Source: a virus
IMG/VR virus record: IMGVR_UViG_3300037466_003456
Location: 57,682 to 121,681 of that record
Strand: one strand, 5' to 3'
Length of the DNA stretch: 64,000 bases
Part shown: piece by piece, positions 16,912-27,012 of the stretch
Layout of the letters: every line of letters starts with the position of its first letter
Numbering within the stretch: position 1 is the first letter of the stretch
Position numbers and translations under genes: made by a program
The notes under the pieces: model-generated
What the model saw: the letters and a program-made list of their open reading frames with translations, nothing else
The model's database searches: none
Told to the model about the DNA's origin: nothing

Positions 16912-18567
16912 ATGGCTTCTTTAAAAGAAGTAGAAGGTCAGCTGACCCCGATGAGGTTCGCAGAATCAATGTATATGTTGGAAGGTTCCCCGTTACGATT
17001 TGGACCAGGGCGGAATTATCTGAAAGCCATACATAATGCGGACATCGAAGAATTGCTGATGATGACAGGTCGTCAGGTAGAGAAATCCACCTCGATCTCT
17101 GTAAAAATAGCCAACAACATTCTATTAAGAAGTTTCAGCCGGAATCTTTACGTCGCACCCCTAAACGAACAGGTGAAAGTATTCTCTCGTGGTCGTCTGG
17201 ATAAATTGTTCCGATACTCACAAAAGGATTTAATTCGGAAACGGTACCAGAGTAATGACTTGGTAAATCAGGTATTCCATAAAGAATTTATGAATGGTAG
17301 TGAAATTTACCTTCGGAACTGTTTTGAAGAAGCCGACAATATTCGTGGACTATCTGTCAGTGACATCTTTATCGATGAAATTCAGGACATCCTAGTCGAT
17401 GCCCTACCCGTAATCTTAGAAACTCAAACACGCGCAAAAAAGAAGCGTAGAATCTATACGGGAACTCCCAAGTCGTTTAGTAACACGATACAACAACAGT
17501 GGGAGAAAAGTAGTCAAGCAGATTGGGTGATTCGTTGCTCCCACTGTGGGAAGCACCAAGTTATGGGGGTCGATTCGGTTACTGCTGCTTCATATGTATG
17601 CCGAAATCCTCGATGCCGTAAACCGATTGATGATATCGTTCGGGCCATGGGTCGCTGGGAACACCGTTTTCCAGACCGCCGGATGAAGGGTTTCCGTGTC
17701 ACGCAAATGATGGTTCCTGACATTAAGTCTGCGGATCTCCTGCAGAAGATTGAAACCTACCCTATCCTCCGTTTGAAAAATGAGGTTTTAGGAGAATCCT
17801 ATGAAAATGCGGATAAACCATTCACCCGTCAATTTATGATGGATATTACTGATCACGAATTCTCGATGATGAACGGAATCGTCAATACCCCATTCGCCAA
17901 CACCCCAACATTCTTGGGTATTGACTGGGGCGAAGGCGAAAAGAATGGGCAAGCTGGAACAGGTTACACTGTTATGACAGTCGGAGCCTATAATTCCGAA
18001 GGAAAGTTCCAAATCCTTTATGCCAAGCGATTTGAACGTGGCGATGAGTTAGATCCTGATTATCAGATTCGTAGTCTTCTTAATCTAGTAAAAGTCTTTA
18101 ACTGTCGTTTTGTCGTCGCTGACTATGGAGCAGGGGTTAAAGAGAACAAGAGAATTCAAAAACAGTTGGGAAAAATATTTGCTCAAATTCAATACGTCGG
18201 ACAGCAAAAAAAGAAACTTAACTATGATGCGGGTGAGTTTAAGTTTCTAATCGAGCGTTCCGACTGGATGACCGACTTTATTGATTTCGCCCACGATGGA
18301 AACCTTCGTTTCTTTGGGAAAAATCATGAAGGGGCATTGGATTGGATTTACGATAATTTTTGTGCCATTTATTCCGAATACCGTCCTGCTTCCAATGGGC
18401 TGTCTGAGAAACTATTTTACGGTCACGATGTCTCCCAGCCAGACGATGCATTTCACAGTGTTTTTTATGCGTGGTTTGCTTCCACGATGTATAAGAATGG
18501 AAACTCTAACCCGCAAAGGAATACAGGTCAAAAGAAATATTTTGCCTCTGTCAAAGCGGGATACTAG
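16912..18567 (+). CDS. terL: Terminase large subunit
   Basis: Walker A variant GRQVEKST, Walker B IFIDEIQD, YTGTPKS coupling motif, CxxC...CxxxxC zinc finger, RNase H-like LGIDWG and PDDAFH. Confidence 0.88.
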   Translation: MASLKEVEGQLTPMRFAESMYMLEGSPLRFGPGRNYLKAIHNADIEELLMMTGRQVEKSTSISVKIANNILLRSFSRNLYVAPLNEQVKVFSRGRLDKLFRYSQKDLIRKRYQSNDLVNQVFHKEFMNGSEIYLRNCFEEADNIRGLSVSDIFIDEIQDILVDALPVILETQTRAKKKRRIYTGTPKSFSNTIQQQWEKSSQADWVIRCSHCGKHQVMGVDSVTAASYVCRNPRCRKPIDDIVRAMGRWEHRFPDRRMKGFRVTQMMVPDIKSADLLQKIETYPILRLKNEVLGESYENADKPFTRQFMMDITDHEFSMMNGIVNTPFANTPTFLGIDWGEGEKNGQAGTGYTVMTVGAYNSEGKFQILYAKRFERGDELDPDYQIRSLLNLVKVFNCRFVVADYGAGVKENKRIQKQLGKIFAQIQYVGQQKKKLNYDAGEFKFLIERSDWMTDFIDFAHDGNLRFFGKNHEGALDWIYDNFCAIYSEYRPASNGLSEKLFYGHDVSQPDDAFHSVFYAWFASTMYKNGNSNPQRNTGQKKYFASVKAGY

Positions 18568-18606
18568 TAAAATCATTATATAGAAAACTAAAAGGAGGAA
18601 TAGACC

Positions 18607-19521
18607 ATGATCCCTGTTAGAAATAAGAATACCGACATTAGTTCTGATGTGGCAGCGGGTAAGAAACTTCAGGATAAAATCAAGAAGTTAGCTGAAACGG
18701 CGGCAAATCAAAGCATCAATGACGGCAAAGATTTGGATGTCGTGCTTGCCGAGATAAGCAAACGGGAAAAGTTTAACCGGTTGCAGATTCAGAGGTTGGT
18801 AGAAGAATCAAATACGGTGGCTTACAATAAAAGGTATGACAAATTACGAAATCAAAAGGACAGGCGAATCGATTTCCCTCTCGCCTCTTTATCAGGAGTG
18901 ATTAATGAAATGGGTAATGATGCACCAGCAGAAATCAAAAATCCAAATTTAAAAGATGGCGGTCAAGGGACTGGAGAACTCTCTAAAGCGGCATCCGTAG
19001 AGGAATTCACATATATCCATACTCCCAATGCACGTTTAAAGGAAAGAGAAGAACGATACCTTTCCAAAGTAGCTTCCGTCCAACAGCGCCAAGACGAACG
19101 GGAAAAATCAAGACAAGAAAAAGATCACCAAAGTTCTCTCTTTAAAATTGCCAATTCTATTGTGATGTCCGAGCGCCAATATAAAAATGGGAATGAAGTG
19201 TTCAATACTCTTCTTTCTGATGTTTCATTGGCACAGGATGACATTGATGGCATTAAGAAGAAAGCCTCTGAAATCGGTGATGCATTGGTTAAAACGAAAC
19301 GAACCCATTCTGGCTTTGTGGTAACCTTAAAGGAGAATCCGATTGAGAAAGTCGCTAGTCATGTTCTTGGAGAATACAGCCTTTTAAAGGTTGCCGAGAG
19401 CAATGATAAGGTCAAAGTAGTAAAAGTCCAACCTACGGCAGATGTATCGGATTTTAATCAATTAGTCACTTTAGCCAGGAAGCTACAACAACAAGCAAGC
19501 ACTGGGAATGAGGTGAATTAA
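18607..19521 (+). CDS. Hypothetical putative virion protein with KxA motifs
   Basis: KKLAE, SKAAS, SKVAS, FKIAN, EKVAS, LKVAE; lies between terL and portal. Confidence 0.65.
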   Translation: MIPVRNKNTDISSDVAAGKKLQDKIKKLAETAANQSINDGKDLDVVLAEISKREKFNRLQIQRLVEESNTVAYNKRYDKLRNQKDRRIDFPLASLSGVINEMGNDAPAEIKNPNLKDGGQGTGELSKAASVEEFTYIHTPNARLKEREERYLSKVASVQQRQDEREKSRQEKDHQSSLFKIANSIVMSERQYKNGNEVFNTLLSDVSLAQDDIDGIKKKASEIGDALVKTKRTHSGFVVTLKENPIEKVASHVLGEYSLLKVAESNDKVKVVKVQPTADVSDFNQLVTLARKLQQQASTGNEVN

Positions 19522-19522
19522 T

Positions 19523-21175
19523 GTGTCGAACTACTTTGAAGAATTAGAGAAGATTGCCAATGACCTTACATTGGTGGATGATCTTGCTGCAGAGCCAATG
19601 GTTCCCGATTATGCACCTCAGATTCCTCCAGAGGAAGTGGAAGCGATTCAAGCCAATCAACCTGATATGGTCGATACCGAAGCTGGAATGGAAGGGCAAG
19701 AACCCGTTTCCCAGGAAGATATAGAAGCTTATGATCAGGCAATCGAGCAAGCTCAAATGCAATTGGAATCTGCTAAAGAAACGTTGGCGAGTGCCATGGA
19801 AGAATACAATGCATTCGAAAAAACCGCTCAAGAACTAAATGATGCTCTTCCGACCATGGGAGCATTGGCTAAGTTAATTGAATACTCCACAAGCGAAACC
19901 ATCGACGATGACCTTCGGAAACAGGCAAGCGACCGTTTAGTAATGGCGCTTGAAAGTGAAGAAAGTTTTGTAGAAGTCATGGATAAAACAGCAAACGAGC
20001 TATTTGAAGACCAAGAAGATAAGGATGCCCTATACTCTCCTGAAGGAAGGGAATATGTCATTGAGCGTCTTGCTTTGTTCGCTGAGGATGAGGAGTTAGA
20101 AAAGACAGCGGCTGATTTAGGTGGATTCGTGAATGACGCTCGTAAATGGGCCGCAGAATCCCTTGATGCAGCAAGGAAATTCCACAAATTACGTGCTGAT
20201 GTTAAACAAACACAAGCTGAGGTTGACCGTTTAGAATCAATCATGAAAGAAAAAGTAAATGCATTGAAAGATGCGCAAAGCTTAAATGATGATGACTTGG
20301 TGGCTAAATTAGAACCAGAGGCCTTTGGAGCAAGGGATGACCACACTCGAATGAAAGGTCAGCTTTTAGATGAGCAGATACAACGAGACCGAGGAAGGAA
20401 CTTATTGATCGGCGGGGCGACAGGACTGGTTGGTGGTTCTTTATTTGCAGGTAAAAAAATAGCCGATGCCTTCAATAATCATGGTGAAAACCAAGGTGAA
20501 AATGAATTGGCAGAGAAAACGGCTAGTGATACAATAAAACAAGATTATGTATTTAAAGAAGGAGGCAATATTAACATGGCAGAATCAATCGTAAAAGATT
20601 TTCTTAAAATCGCGGGAGCGGCTGTTTTATTAGATGTGGCAAACGATGAGGGTGCTGAAGAGGCAATCCGCAAAGAAGCAGCTGAAGCTTTTAACGGTAT
20701 CGCTCGCATGGGGCGTAAGGATATGGAGGAAGCTCTTGTAAAAGTTGCTACTCAAATGTATTCTGAAGACCAATTACACGAAATCGTTTCAGGCAAACAT
20801 AATGAAGAGTTATTCGGTAAGGTTGCATTCTTCACTAGCCTTAACGACCTTTCTGTGGACGAGCTTGAAAAAGTTGCGGCTGCTGAGTCTGTTGCAGCTA
20901 AAGGTGTTGGCGGCGCTCTTACTGACGCTAAATCAAACATCGAAGCAAAAGTAGAAGGCGACAAAAAGAAAACCGAAACAGTGGCTAACGGCGAAATCGG
21001 CACTAAAAAGGCTGACGATATGCGCGGTTACAATGTAATCAATAGCCCTGGTGAATACAAGGTTGAAAAAACTGCGGCTACACAAACTATGCTTGAAGAA
21101 GCTGAGCTTCGCAAAGAAGCAGCATACAAAGCATTTGTAGAAGCTGATACTTTCATTAAAAACAATTCTAAGTAA
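19523..21175 (+). CDS. Hypothetical putative virion/scaffold-like protein with many KxA motifs and one glycine-zipper module
   Basis: ELEKIAN, FEKTAQ, MDKTAN, ELEKTAA, EKTAS, FLKIAG, LVKVAT, FGKVAF, ELEKVAA, VEKTAA; LLIGGATGLVGGSLFAG. Confidence 0.7.
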   Translation: MSNYFEELEKIANDLTLVDDLAAEPMVPDYAPQIPPEEVEAIQANQPDMVDTEAGMEGQEPVSQEDIEAYDQAIEQAQMQLESAKETLASAMEEYNAFEKTAQELNDALPTMGALAKLIEYSTSETIDDDLRKQASDRLVMALESEESFVEVMDKTANELFEDQEDKDALYSPEGREYVIERLALFAEDEELEKTAADLGGFVNDARKWAAESLDAARKFHKLRADVKQTQAEVDRLESIMKEKVNALKDAQSLNDDDLVAKLEPEAFGARDDHTRMKGQLLDEQIQRDRGRNLLIGGATGLVGGSLFAGKKIADAFNNHGENQGENELAEKTASDTIKQDYVFKEGGNINMAESIVKDFLKIAGAAVLLDVANDEGAEEAIRKEAAEAFNGIARMGRKDMEEALVKVATQMYSEDQLHEIVSGKHNEELFGKVAFFTSLNDLSVDELEKVAAAESVAAKGVGGALTDAKSNIEAKVEGDKKKTETVANGEIGTKKADDMRGYNVINSPGEYKVEKTAATQTMLEEAELRKEAAYKAFVEADTFIKNNSK

Positions 21176-21201
21176 GATAGCAATAGCTTGAACTAAAAAT
21201 G

Positions 21202-21235
21202 AGAAAAGCGTCCTATGTGGCGCTTTTCTTTTTTG
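21202..21235 (+). terminator. Intrinsic terminator
   Basis: AGAAAAGCG/CGCTTTTCT stem plus T-tract. Confidence 0.65.
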
Positions 21236-21258
21236 TATTATATAGGACTTAAAATCTA

Positions 21259-21267
21259 GTACAATAG
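21259..21267 (+). promoter_or_regulatory. Candidate late-promoter motif GTACAATAG (also at 15687 plus, 42072 minus)
   Basis: Identical 9-mer upstream of the TerS candidate, the 21313 gene and the holin, always in the coding orientation. Confidence 0.4.
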
Positions 21268-21312
21268 AACTATCGAATAAAACGAACTTATGGAGATAGT
21301 AGGTGAAACCTT

Positions 21313-22755
21313 TTGGCAAAGAAAAAAGAGATGTATGAAGATCATTTAGGAAATCTTTCTTGGAAAGATTCTTGGCTTCAAAACACTGTCCAATTGGCAG
21401 CCTTGGGTGGAATCGTGGCGGGAGCGAGCAGTTTAGCCATTAAGGGTGACTTAGGAGATGCGTTCAGAACCGGTAAGTCTGCCTTTAAACCTGTAGGTAA
21501 GGTGTTTGATAAGTACGTGAAAGACAGAGCTGGCATGCCAGTTAAATTCGGGTACCAGGTGTTCAAAAATATGTATAACAACATGAGGAAATTGACACCT
21601 GAAGAAAGAGATGTCTTCGAACGAGGTTTCTATGGCCGAGTAGACAACGCGGTAGACAAAGTAGATACCGATCCCGAAATTCAAAATCGTATTTGGAAAG
21701 AAGTGGAACGGAGATTTCCGACAGAACGAGAAAGACAGAAAGTAAGAGACCGACGTAACGGAACCAATAATTTTTCCCAAACAAGTGACAATGAAGCGAT
21801 TGACCAGATTTATGAACAAGTACGCTCTGAAGAACGGGATAAGTTGATTTACGGCAACAGCAATGGAGGACAACGAAATAACCGAAACAACCGGAATAAC
21901 AATACTTTCAATAACCATAACAACAATCGACCGTTGTTCGACAAGAGAGATTTAGCCCAAAAGTTCATTGCAAGTGGCGTGATGGGATTAGGTACGGGAG
22001 CTGGTCTTACAGCCTTCCATTACATTGACCGATTATCGAAAGACCCGAGCTCCCAACAAAGATTGGAGAACACATTTCAACATGCTGGTTCGTTCTTAAA
22101 TCCTCAGAAAAAGGATGATGATAAAAAGATGGATAAACAAGCGAGTGTACTAGGATTTTACAACGCTGTAAAGGATGCACCTAAAAAACTACCTGAAGCT
22201 CTTTTTGCCGGCGCAGGATACACAGGTCTTACATTAGGTACTGCCAAGTTACTACATGGCCATGACCCGCGTAAGACAGAACCACAAGCAAATGAGGAAC
22301 CGGCGTCCGCAGGACCACGAGTCATCATTGAACTAGGAAACCCCACTGAAGAACAACAGCATGCTGGCATGCCACTCGGTTTAAGTGGTCTTCCTAAATT
22401 GGCAGGTTTCAGAAACTTTTTAAATGACTTTAACGGGCATGAAGCGGAAATTGGTAGATTGCAAAACATTCACCATGCAGATGTAGCGGCAGAAGCACTA
22501 AAGAATGAAAACGTCGAAGACCTTCTTCATCAGCAGTATGGGCATTTGGTCAACGATAAAACTCAAGCGAATTTCACCAATCGCCTTTTCGAAAGCAGAG
22601 CAGCGCAGTCTAAACAGGAAGCGGATGAAAGAATCAGACAACTTCAAGAACAAGAAGCAAGAGCAAAACTAACTGTTTACGGTGGCGGCATTGGCGCTGC
22701 TGGTTTAGCTGGAATGGGTTATGCCCACCACAAAAAGGAGCAACCAAATGTATAA
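21313..22755 (+). CDS. Hypothetical protein with several glycine-zipper segments and KxA motifs
   Basis: LAALGGIVAGAS, SGVMGLGTGAGL, AGAGYTGLTLG, YGGGIGAAGLAGMGY; MDKQAS, LPKLAG; Asn-rich patch. Confidence 0.7.
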   Translation: MAKKKEMYEDHLGNLSWKDSWLQNTVQLAALGGIVAGASSLAIKGDLGDAFRTGKSAFKPVGKVFDKYVKDRAGMPVKFGYQVFKNMYNNMRKLTPEERDVFERGFYGRVDNAVDKVDTDPEIQNRIWKEVERRFPTERERQKVRDRRNGTNNFSQTSDNEAIDQIYEQVRSEERDKLIYGNSNGGQRNNRNNRNNNTFNNHNNNRPLFDKRDLAQKFIASGVMGLGTGAGLTAFHYIDRLSKDPSSQQRLENTFQHAGSFLNPQKKDDDKKMDKQASVLGFYNAVKDAPKKLPEALFAGAGYTGLTLGTAKLLHGHDPRKTEPQANEEPASAGPRVIIELGNPTEEQQHAGMPLGLSGLPKLAGFRNFLNDFNGHEAEIGRLQNIHHADVAAEALKNENVEDLLHQQYGHLVNDKTQANFTNRLFESRAAQSKQEADERIRQLQEQEARAKLTVYGGGIGAAGLAGMGYAHHKKEQPNV

Positions 22756-23047
22756 CTTGCCCGTTGATCAGCACCCCACCGAAAGATGGGCAACTATTGT
22801 GGAAGGGGCCAGAACCCAACGCGTTATTGCCCTCCGATACCGGGATAAATCGTTCGAGGTGTCCGAAAGATTGGTTGAACCCTACGAGATCAAACAAGGA
22901 AAACTGTTTGCCCACTGTTTAACGAAAAACGGAATGAGAGCATTTATCCTCGACAACATTTTAGCGGCAGCAGGTACAAACACCGAGTTTGTTCCTCGCT
23001 TCCCTGTTGTCGTGGAATCCTTCCAGTCCTTGAAAGCAAAACAATAA
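22748..23047 (+). CDS. Stand-alone WYL-domain protein
   Basis: LRYRDK...SERLVEPYEI...LFAHCLTKNGMRAFILDNI matches the WYL fold pattern; ATG at 22748 coupled to the upstream stop. Confidence 0.75.
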   Translation: MYNLPVDQHPTERWATIVEGARTQRVIALRYRDKSFEVSERLVEPYEIKQGKLFAHCLTKNGMRAFILDNILAAAGTNTEFVPRFPVVVESFQSLKAKQ

Positions 23048-23070
23048 GCACCTCCCATAGGTGCTTTCTT
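23046..23070 (+). terminator. Intrinsic terminator
   Basis: AAGCACCT/AGGTGCTT stem plus T-rich tail. Confidence 0.55.
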
Positions 23071-23096
23071 CCATATAAAAGAGGTGAACCTTTTTA

Positions 23097-24986
23097 ATGA
23101 TTAAAATTTCGTCTTTTCTCGTCAATGACAGAGCAACAAGAGTATATGCCGATTATGTTGAAAAAGTCGCATTTCCAATAGGTGCTGACGCTGGTTTGAT
23201 TATGGGTTCGATTGCTGCTGGACTAACAATGAATCACTTCTCCAGAAAAGCAAAAGAGCAACAGCAACAACAAAACGCACAGCCATCTCCTAGCATTGAA
23301 AATGGTGCGTACACCCAAATTGAAAATATGTTACGTGATCTTAAAATTGTTTTCACACCGATTAGCGTCATTTATTCGGTGAATGGGCAAGTATTTGAAA
23401 TCATCAGTACCGAAGAAATGAATGCTTATATGAGGCAAGCGTTCATCCAAAAAGATGCTAATTATTTTCGTGACCTTCTCTTAAACAAAATTAATATGGA
23501 AACACAATTAGCCGAGCAAGCCTTTGCCCAGCGCCTTTTGACCGCAAACGGAGTGGGTGAACAGCAAAAGCAGGCAAACTTCCTGGAAAAACAAGAATAC
23601 CTTTTGAAACTTTCGGAAGAAGAAAGCGATGTTTTGGTGAAAAAAGCATCGCAAGGATTGGATGGAGTAAAAATCACCATCGACCCAACTTTTGATTCTC
23701 TCCGTCCCTTCGATCATTCCATCACTTTTTGCAACCCGAGGGAATTGGAAAAAGTGGCAGGCATTTTTGAATTATTCCAAGGCGATCAAGTTCAAGATGT
23801 CGGAGTTCATCAATTAAACAGTCAAGTGAACGTCGGATTCCTTCCTGACAGAGTGGTGTTCTTGTGGAATGGACAACTGATTGACCAGCTTACCCTCCTT
23901 CACATGAATGAAGAAGGTTTTGAAGCATTCCGGAACCGAGATAAACCATTTTTTATCGACTTATTTAAGCAATATACCAAAGAAGTAACGGAGGGATTAC
24001 AGGAATCTCCATCGGAACCAAATCATATTGAAGCGCCTGAAGAGGAAACCCATGAAGCTTCTGTATCCGACATTCTGGAACGGCTAGAAAAGACTGCTGA
24101 GGGCTTTGAGGACATCCTAGATGACTTTACTCCTGTTATTGAAAGAGATCATATAGAGCTATTTGAAGATCCTGATATCCATCCGATTGTGTACGACAAA
24201 GTATTGTCTCACAAGTACAGCAATTCATGGCACAGACACGAAATGGAATCAATTATGAAACAGATTGAGGAGGACTTCCACCTATCTAAAGGGATAGAGG
24301 AGAATCCACTTAATAAACTTTCCATCATTCATGCCATTTCGAATCCTGACCACGCCATGTACACATCACCATTTACATTTGAAAAGTACATGCGTGGTAT
24401 GAATTCCAAATCCGTTTTATTTGAGGATTTTCAAGGCAATCTCTCTTTCGAGGAAATCATGTTTGGTTTGGAATTAGCCAAACTCTATAACGGAGAGGAA
24501 GTGTTTTTTGAGTTCCACTCCAATGTTGCTGCTTATGTAGCAGAAGAAATCATGAATGATGGAGTTCGATTTGTTTCTAACGTGCTATACGACGAAACGA
24601 ATCCATCTGAAAATGATTTCTTCCGTACAGTCAATGACTTACTGATGAGGAAATGGAAAGAAGAAGATTCACTGGGATACAGGGATAACGAGGGCGTTCG
24701 CCATCGACATACATTAACGGAACAGATTGTTGAAATCGCCGATGACATCTTAAAACATTACAATTCTTTGTTGGATGTTGCGGATCCCTACAATTCTACC
24801 CGAAATATTTTGCGAAGTGAAAACTTACTGGATGTTGTTTCTTCACAAGACCAAACAAGTGTGAGAAACATGGTGGTTCAGAATGTTGTGGCTCATGTCA
24901 CCACTTCCTTGTTTTTAGATTATAAACGTGAAGAATATGAACACTCCATCTCATTGTTACAGAAAGAAGGTGTGCTAAATGGATGA
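23097..24986 (+). CDS. Hypothetical putative virion protein upstream of portal
   Basis: 629 aa; EKVAF followed by a hydrophobic Gly/Ala segment, LEKVAG, LERLEKTAE; overlaps the portal start. Confidence 0.7.
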   Translation: MIKISSFLVNDRATRVYADYVEKVAFPIGADAGLIMGSIAAGLTMNHFSRKAKEQQQQQNAQPSPSIENGAYTQIENMLRDLKIVFTPISVIYSVNGQVFEIISTEEMNAYMRQAFIQKDANYFRDLLLNKINMETQLAEQAFAQRLLTANGVGEQQKQANFLEKQEYLLKLSEEESDVLVKKASQGLDGVKITIDPTFDSLRPFDHSITFCNPRELEKVAGIFELFQGDQVQDVGVHQLNSQVNVGFLPDRVVFLWNGQLIDQLTLLHMNEEGFEAFRNRDKPFFIDLFKQYTKEVTEGLQESPSEPNHIEAPEEETHEASVSDILERLEKTAEGFEDILDDFTPVIERDHIELFEDPDIHPIVYDKVLSHKYSNSWHRHEMESIMKQIEEDFHLSKGIEENPLNKLSIIHAISNPDHAMYTSPFTFEKYMRGMNSKSVLFEDFQGNLSFEEIMFGLELAKLYNGEEVFFEFHSNVAAYVAEEIMNDGVRFVSNVLYDETNPSENDFFRTVNDLLMRKWKEEDSLGYRDNEGVRHRHTLTEQIVEIADDILKHYNSLLDVADPYNSTRNILRSENLLDVVSSQDQTSVRNMVVQNVVAHVTTSLFLDYKREEYEHSISLLQKEGVLNG

Positions 24987-27012
24987 AAACATGAAAGCCG
25001 ACATTTCCCGCATGGAAGAAAAGATGGCGAACTATCTTGATAAATTAACAGGTCATTCCGATGGAATGTTTAAAACGGCGGCTGCTACTGGGATGATGTA
25101 TAACTCCAGCTACAAACAATATCGTTCCAGCTTTTTAACCCTCGGAGATATGCAAATTCCTGATGATTATCGGGAGATTTTTAGATGGTGCCGATACTTT
25201 TTTAAGTTTGATAGTTTGGTTGGGGCGGCAGTTCGTTCACTAGCCACCTTCCCGATAACAGATTGGGTGTTAGATGATACGGAGAATTCCGACGATGAGG
25301 ATTCAGAGGATCAATCAGAGGATGAATCAGAAGAACCCTCTGAAACTTACAAATTTTACGAGAGTATCTTAAATGACATCAAGCTATACAGCCACATGAT
25401 TGAGGTTGGCTACGATTACTTCTTGTACGGTAACTGTGTCATATTTGCCGAGCCGGGAGTCAAGAATATCAAACGTCGTGACCCTGACACCGGACAAGTA
25501 TCCGAAAGAAAAGAAGTGGTTTGGAAATCGATTCAACGATTGGATGTTACCCGTCTTCGGATTGACCGAGACCCAAAAACAAATGAAAAACAATATTACT
25601 ATGACATTCCTTTGGAATTAAAGCGTGTCATTCAAACGCAGAAACCGAAGGAAAAATACGATAGAATACCAGAAATTTTCAAAAAGGCGGTTAAAGCAAA
25701 AGGATTGGTCAAACTAAAATCCGACTACATCTATCATTTGCAGATGCCTTCTGAAAGCGGAGATTCAGGATTATGGGCCACACCACCGGTGTTACATGCC
25801 ATGAAGCTTATCTTGTATTCGAACGTGTTGAGACAAGCGCAAGAAGCGATTGCCTATGAACATATCATCCCTAAGCGGATCTACTATTTCCAAGAAACGC
25901 AGGAGTATTCGCCAAACATGGACTTTGCTTCCATCGCTTCCGAGTTCGCCCTTGAATTAAAACGTCAGCTCGATGATCCAAACTACCAGGTCATTAGCCC
26001 GTTCCCAATCAATCAGCTCATGCATGGCGGACAGGGTAAGGCATTGATGCTCGTTCCTGAATTGGAACAGCTGCAAGAAACCATCTTAGCGGCGATGGGT
26101 ACTCCACGTGAATTCGTTTTTGGAGGAGTTTCCTATTCTGGCAGTACAACGAGTCTACGAATCTTGGAAAACCAATTTATCACGTACCGTACCAATTTAC
26201 TGGACTATATCAATGATTTCTTAATTAAGAGATTGGCAGAAATCCGAGGTGAATGGGAAACCATCGACGATGATAAAAAGCTCGTAAAAGTTCAGTTTGC
26301 CGAGCTCAAGATGCAAGATGATATCCAACAAAAGCAACTAATGTTGCAACTCAATGAAGCGGGTAAACTGCCGGATGAAGTGTTGTACGAAAAGGTATTG
26401 GGCCTCGATGCCAGCAAGACGATTAAGCAATTGCAGGCAGAACGCATCCGAAAACTAAAAGAGCAAGCAGAACTGCAAATTAACCAAATGGAAATTGAGC
26501 AGGAAATGCAAGATGAAGCGATGCAGAGGGGATTAATGACTCCACCTGTTCCTGTGAATGGTCCTGTTATTCCTGAACCTGCAGCAGGCGCATATGGTCA
26601 GGCAACCGAGGGAGACCCGATGATGGCTGAGGCTGGCGGTGATATGGCTGGCGATCCTACAGGAGGAGCTCAACCGACTTCGGACAGTAGTCAATCTTCT
26701 TCTGGTTCAAGTAGCGGAAGTAACTCATCATCAAAATCGGACAAGTCATCATCCGATAAAAAATCCGGTGAATCGGGTGGTAAGTCGGGACGTGAGGAAC
26801 GCGATGCCTTAAAGATGGCTCAGCAAATGGAACTAATGACTGAAGCACAAAAGGCGAATCTTATCCGCAAACTTCCTCAGAAGGAAGCGCAACGGATTCT
26901 CCTATACTACAACCAGTTAAAGGCAGAACACGGTTCATCCGATTCTGGAGAAACCGACATGAGACCATACCCTGAACAGCGCCCACCACGTAGAACGGTC
27001 GGTGGTGTGTAA
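24979..27012 (+). CDS. Phage portal protein
   Basis: REIFRWCRYFF...GAAVRSLATFP, AIAYEHIIPKRI, GGQGKALM, ILAAMGTPREFVFGG; low-complexity C-tail; located near terL. Confidence 0.75.
   Translation: MDENMKADISRMEEKMANYLDKLTGHSDGMFKTAAATGMMYNSSYKQYRSSFLTLGDMQIPDDYREIFRWCRYFFKFDSLVGAAVRSLATFPITDWVLDDTENSDDEDSEDQSEDESEEPSETYKFYESILNDIKLYSHMIEVGYDYFLYGNCVIFAEPGVKNIKRRDPDTGQVSERKEVVWKSIQRLDVTRLRIDRDPKTNEKQYYYDIPLELKRVIQTQKPKEKYDRIPEIFKKAVKAKGLVKLKSDYIYHLQMPSESGDSGLWATPPVLHAMKLILYSNVLRQAQEAIAYEHIIPKRIYYFQETQEYSPNMDFASIASEFALELKRQLDDPNYQVISPFPINQLMHGGQGKALMLVPELEQLQETILAAMGTPREFVFGGVSYSGSTTSLRILENQFITYRTNLLDYINDFLIKRLAEIRGEWETIDDDKKLVKVQFAELKMQDDIQQKQLMLQLNEAGKLPDEVLYEKVLGLDASKTIKQLQAERIRKLKEQAELQINQMEIEQEMQDEAMQRGLMTPPVPVNGPVIPEPAAGAYGQATEGDPMMAEAGGDMAGDPTGGAQPTSDSSQSSSGSSSGSNSSSKSDKSSSDKKSGESGGKSGREERDALKMAQQMELMTEAQKANLIRKLPQKEAQRILLYYNQLKAEHGSSDSGETDMRPYPEQRPPRRTVGGV

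Noticed and set aside
21871-21930. AAC/AAT-rich repeat
   Set aside because: Simply encodes an Asn-rich linker (QRNNRNNRNNNTFNNHNNNR); no independent repeat structure
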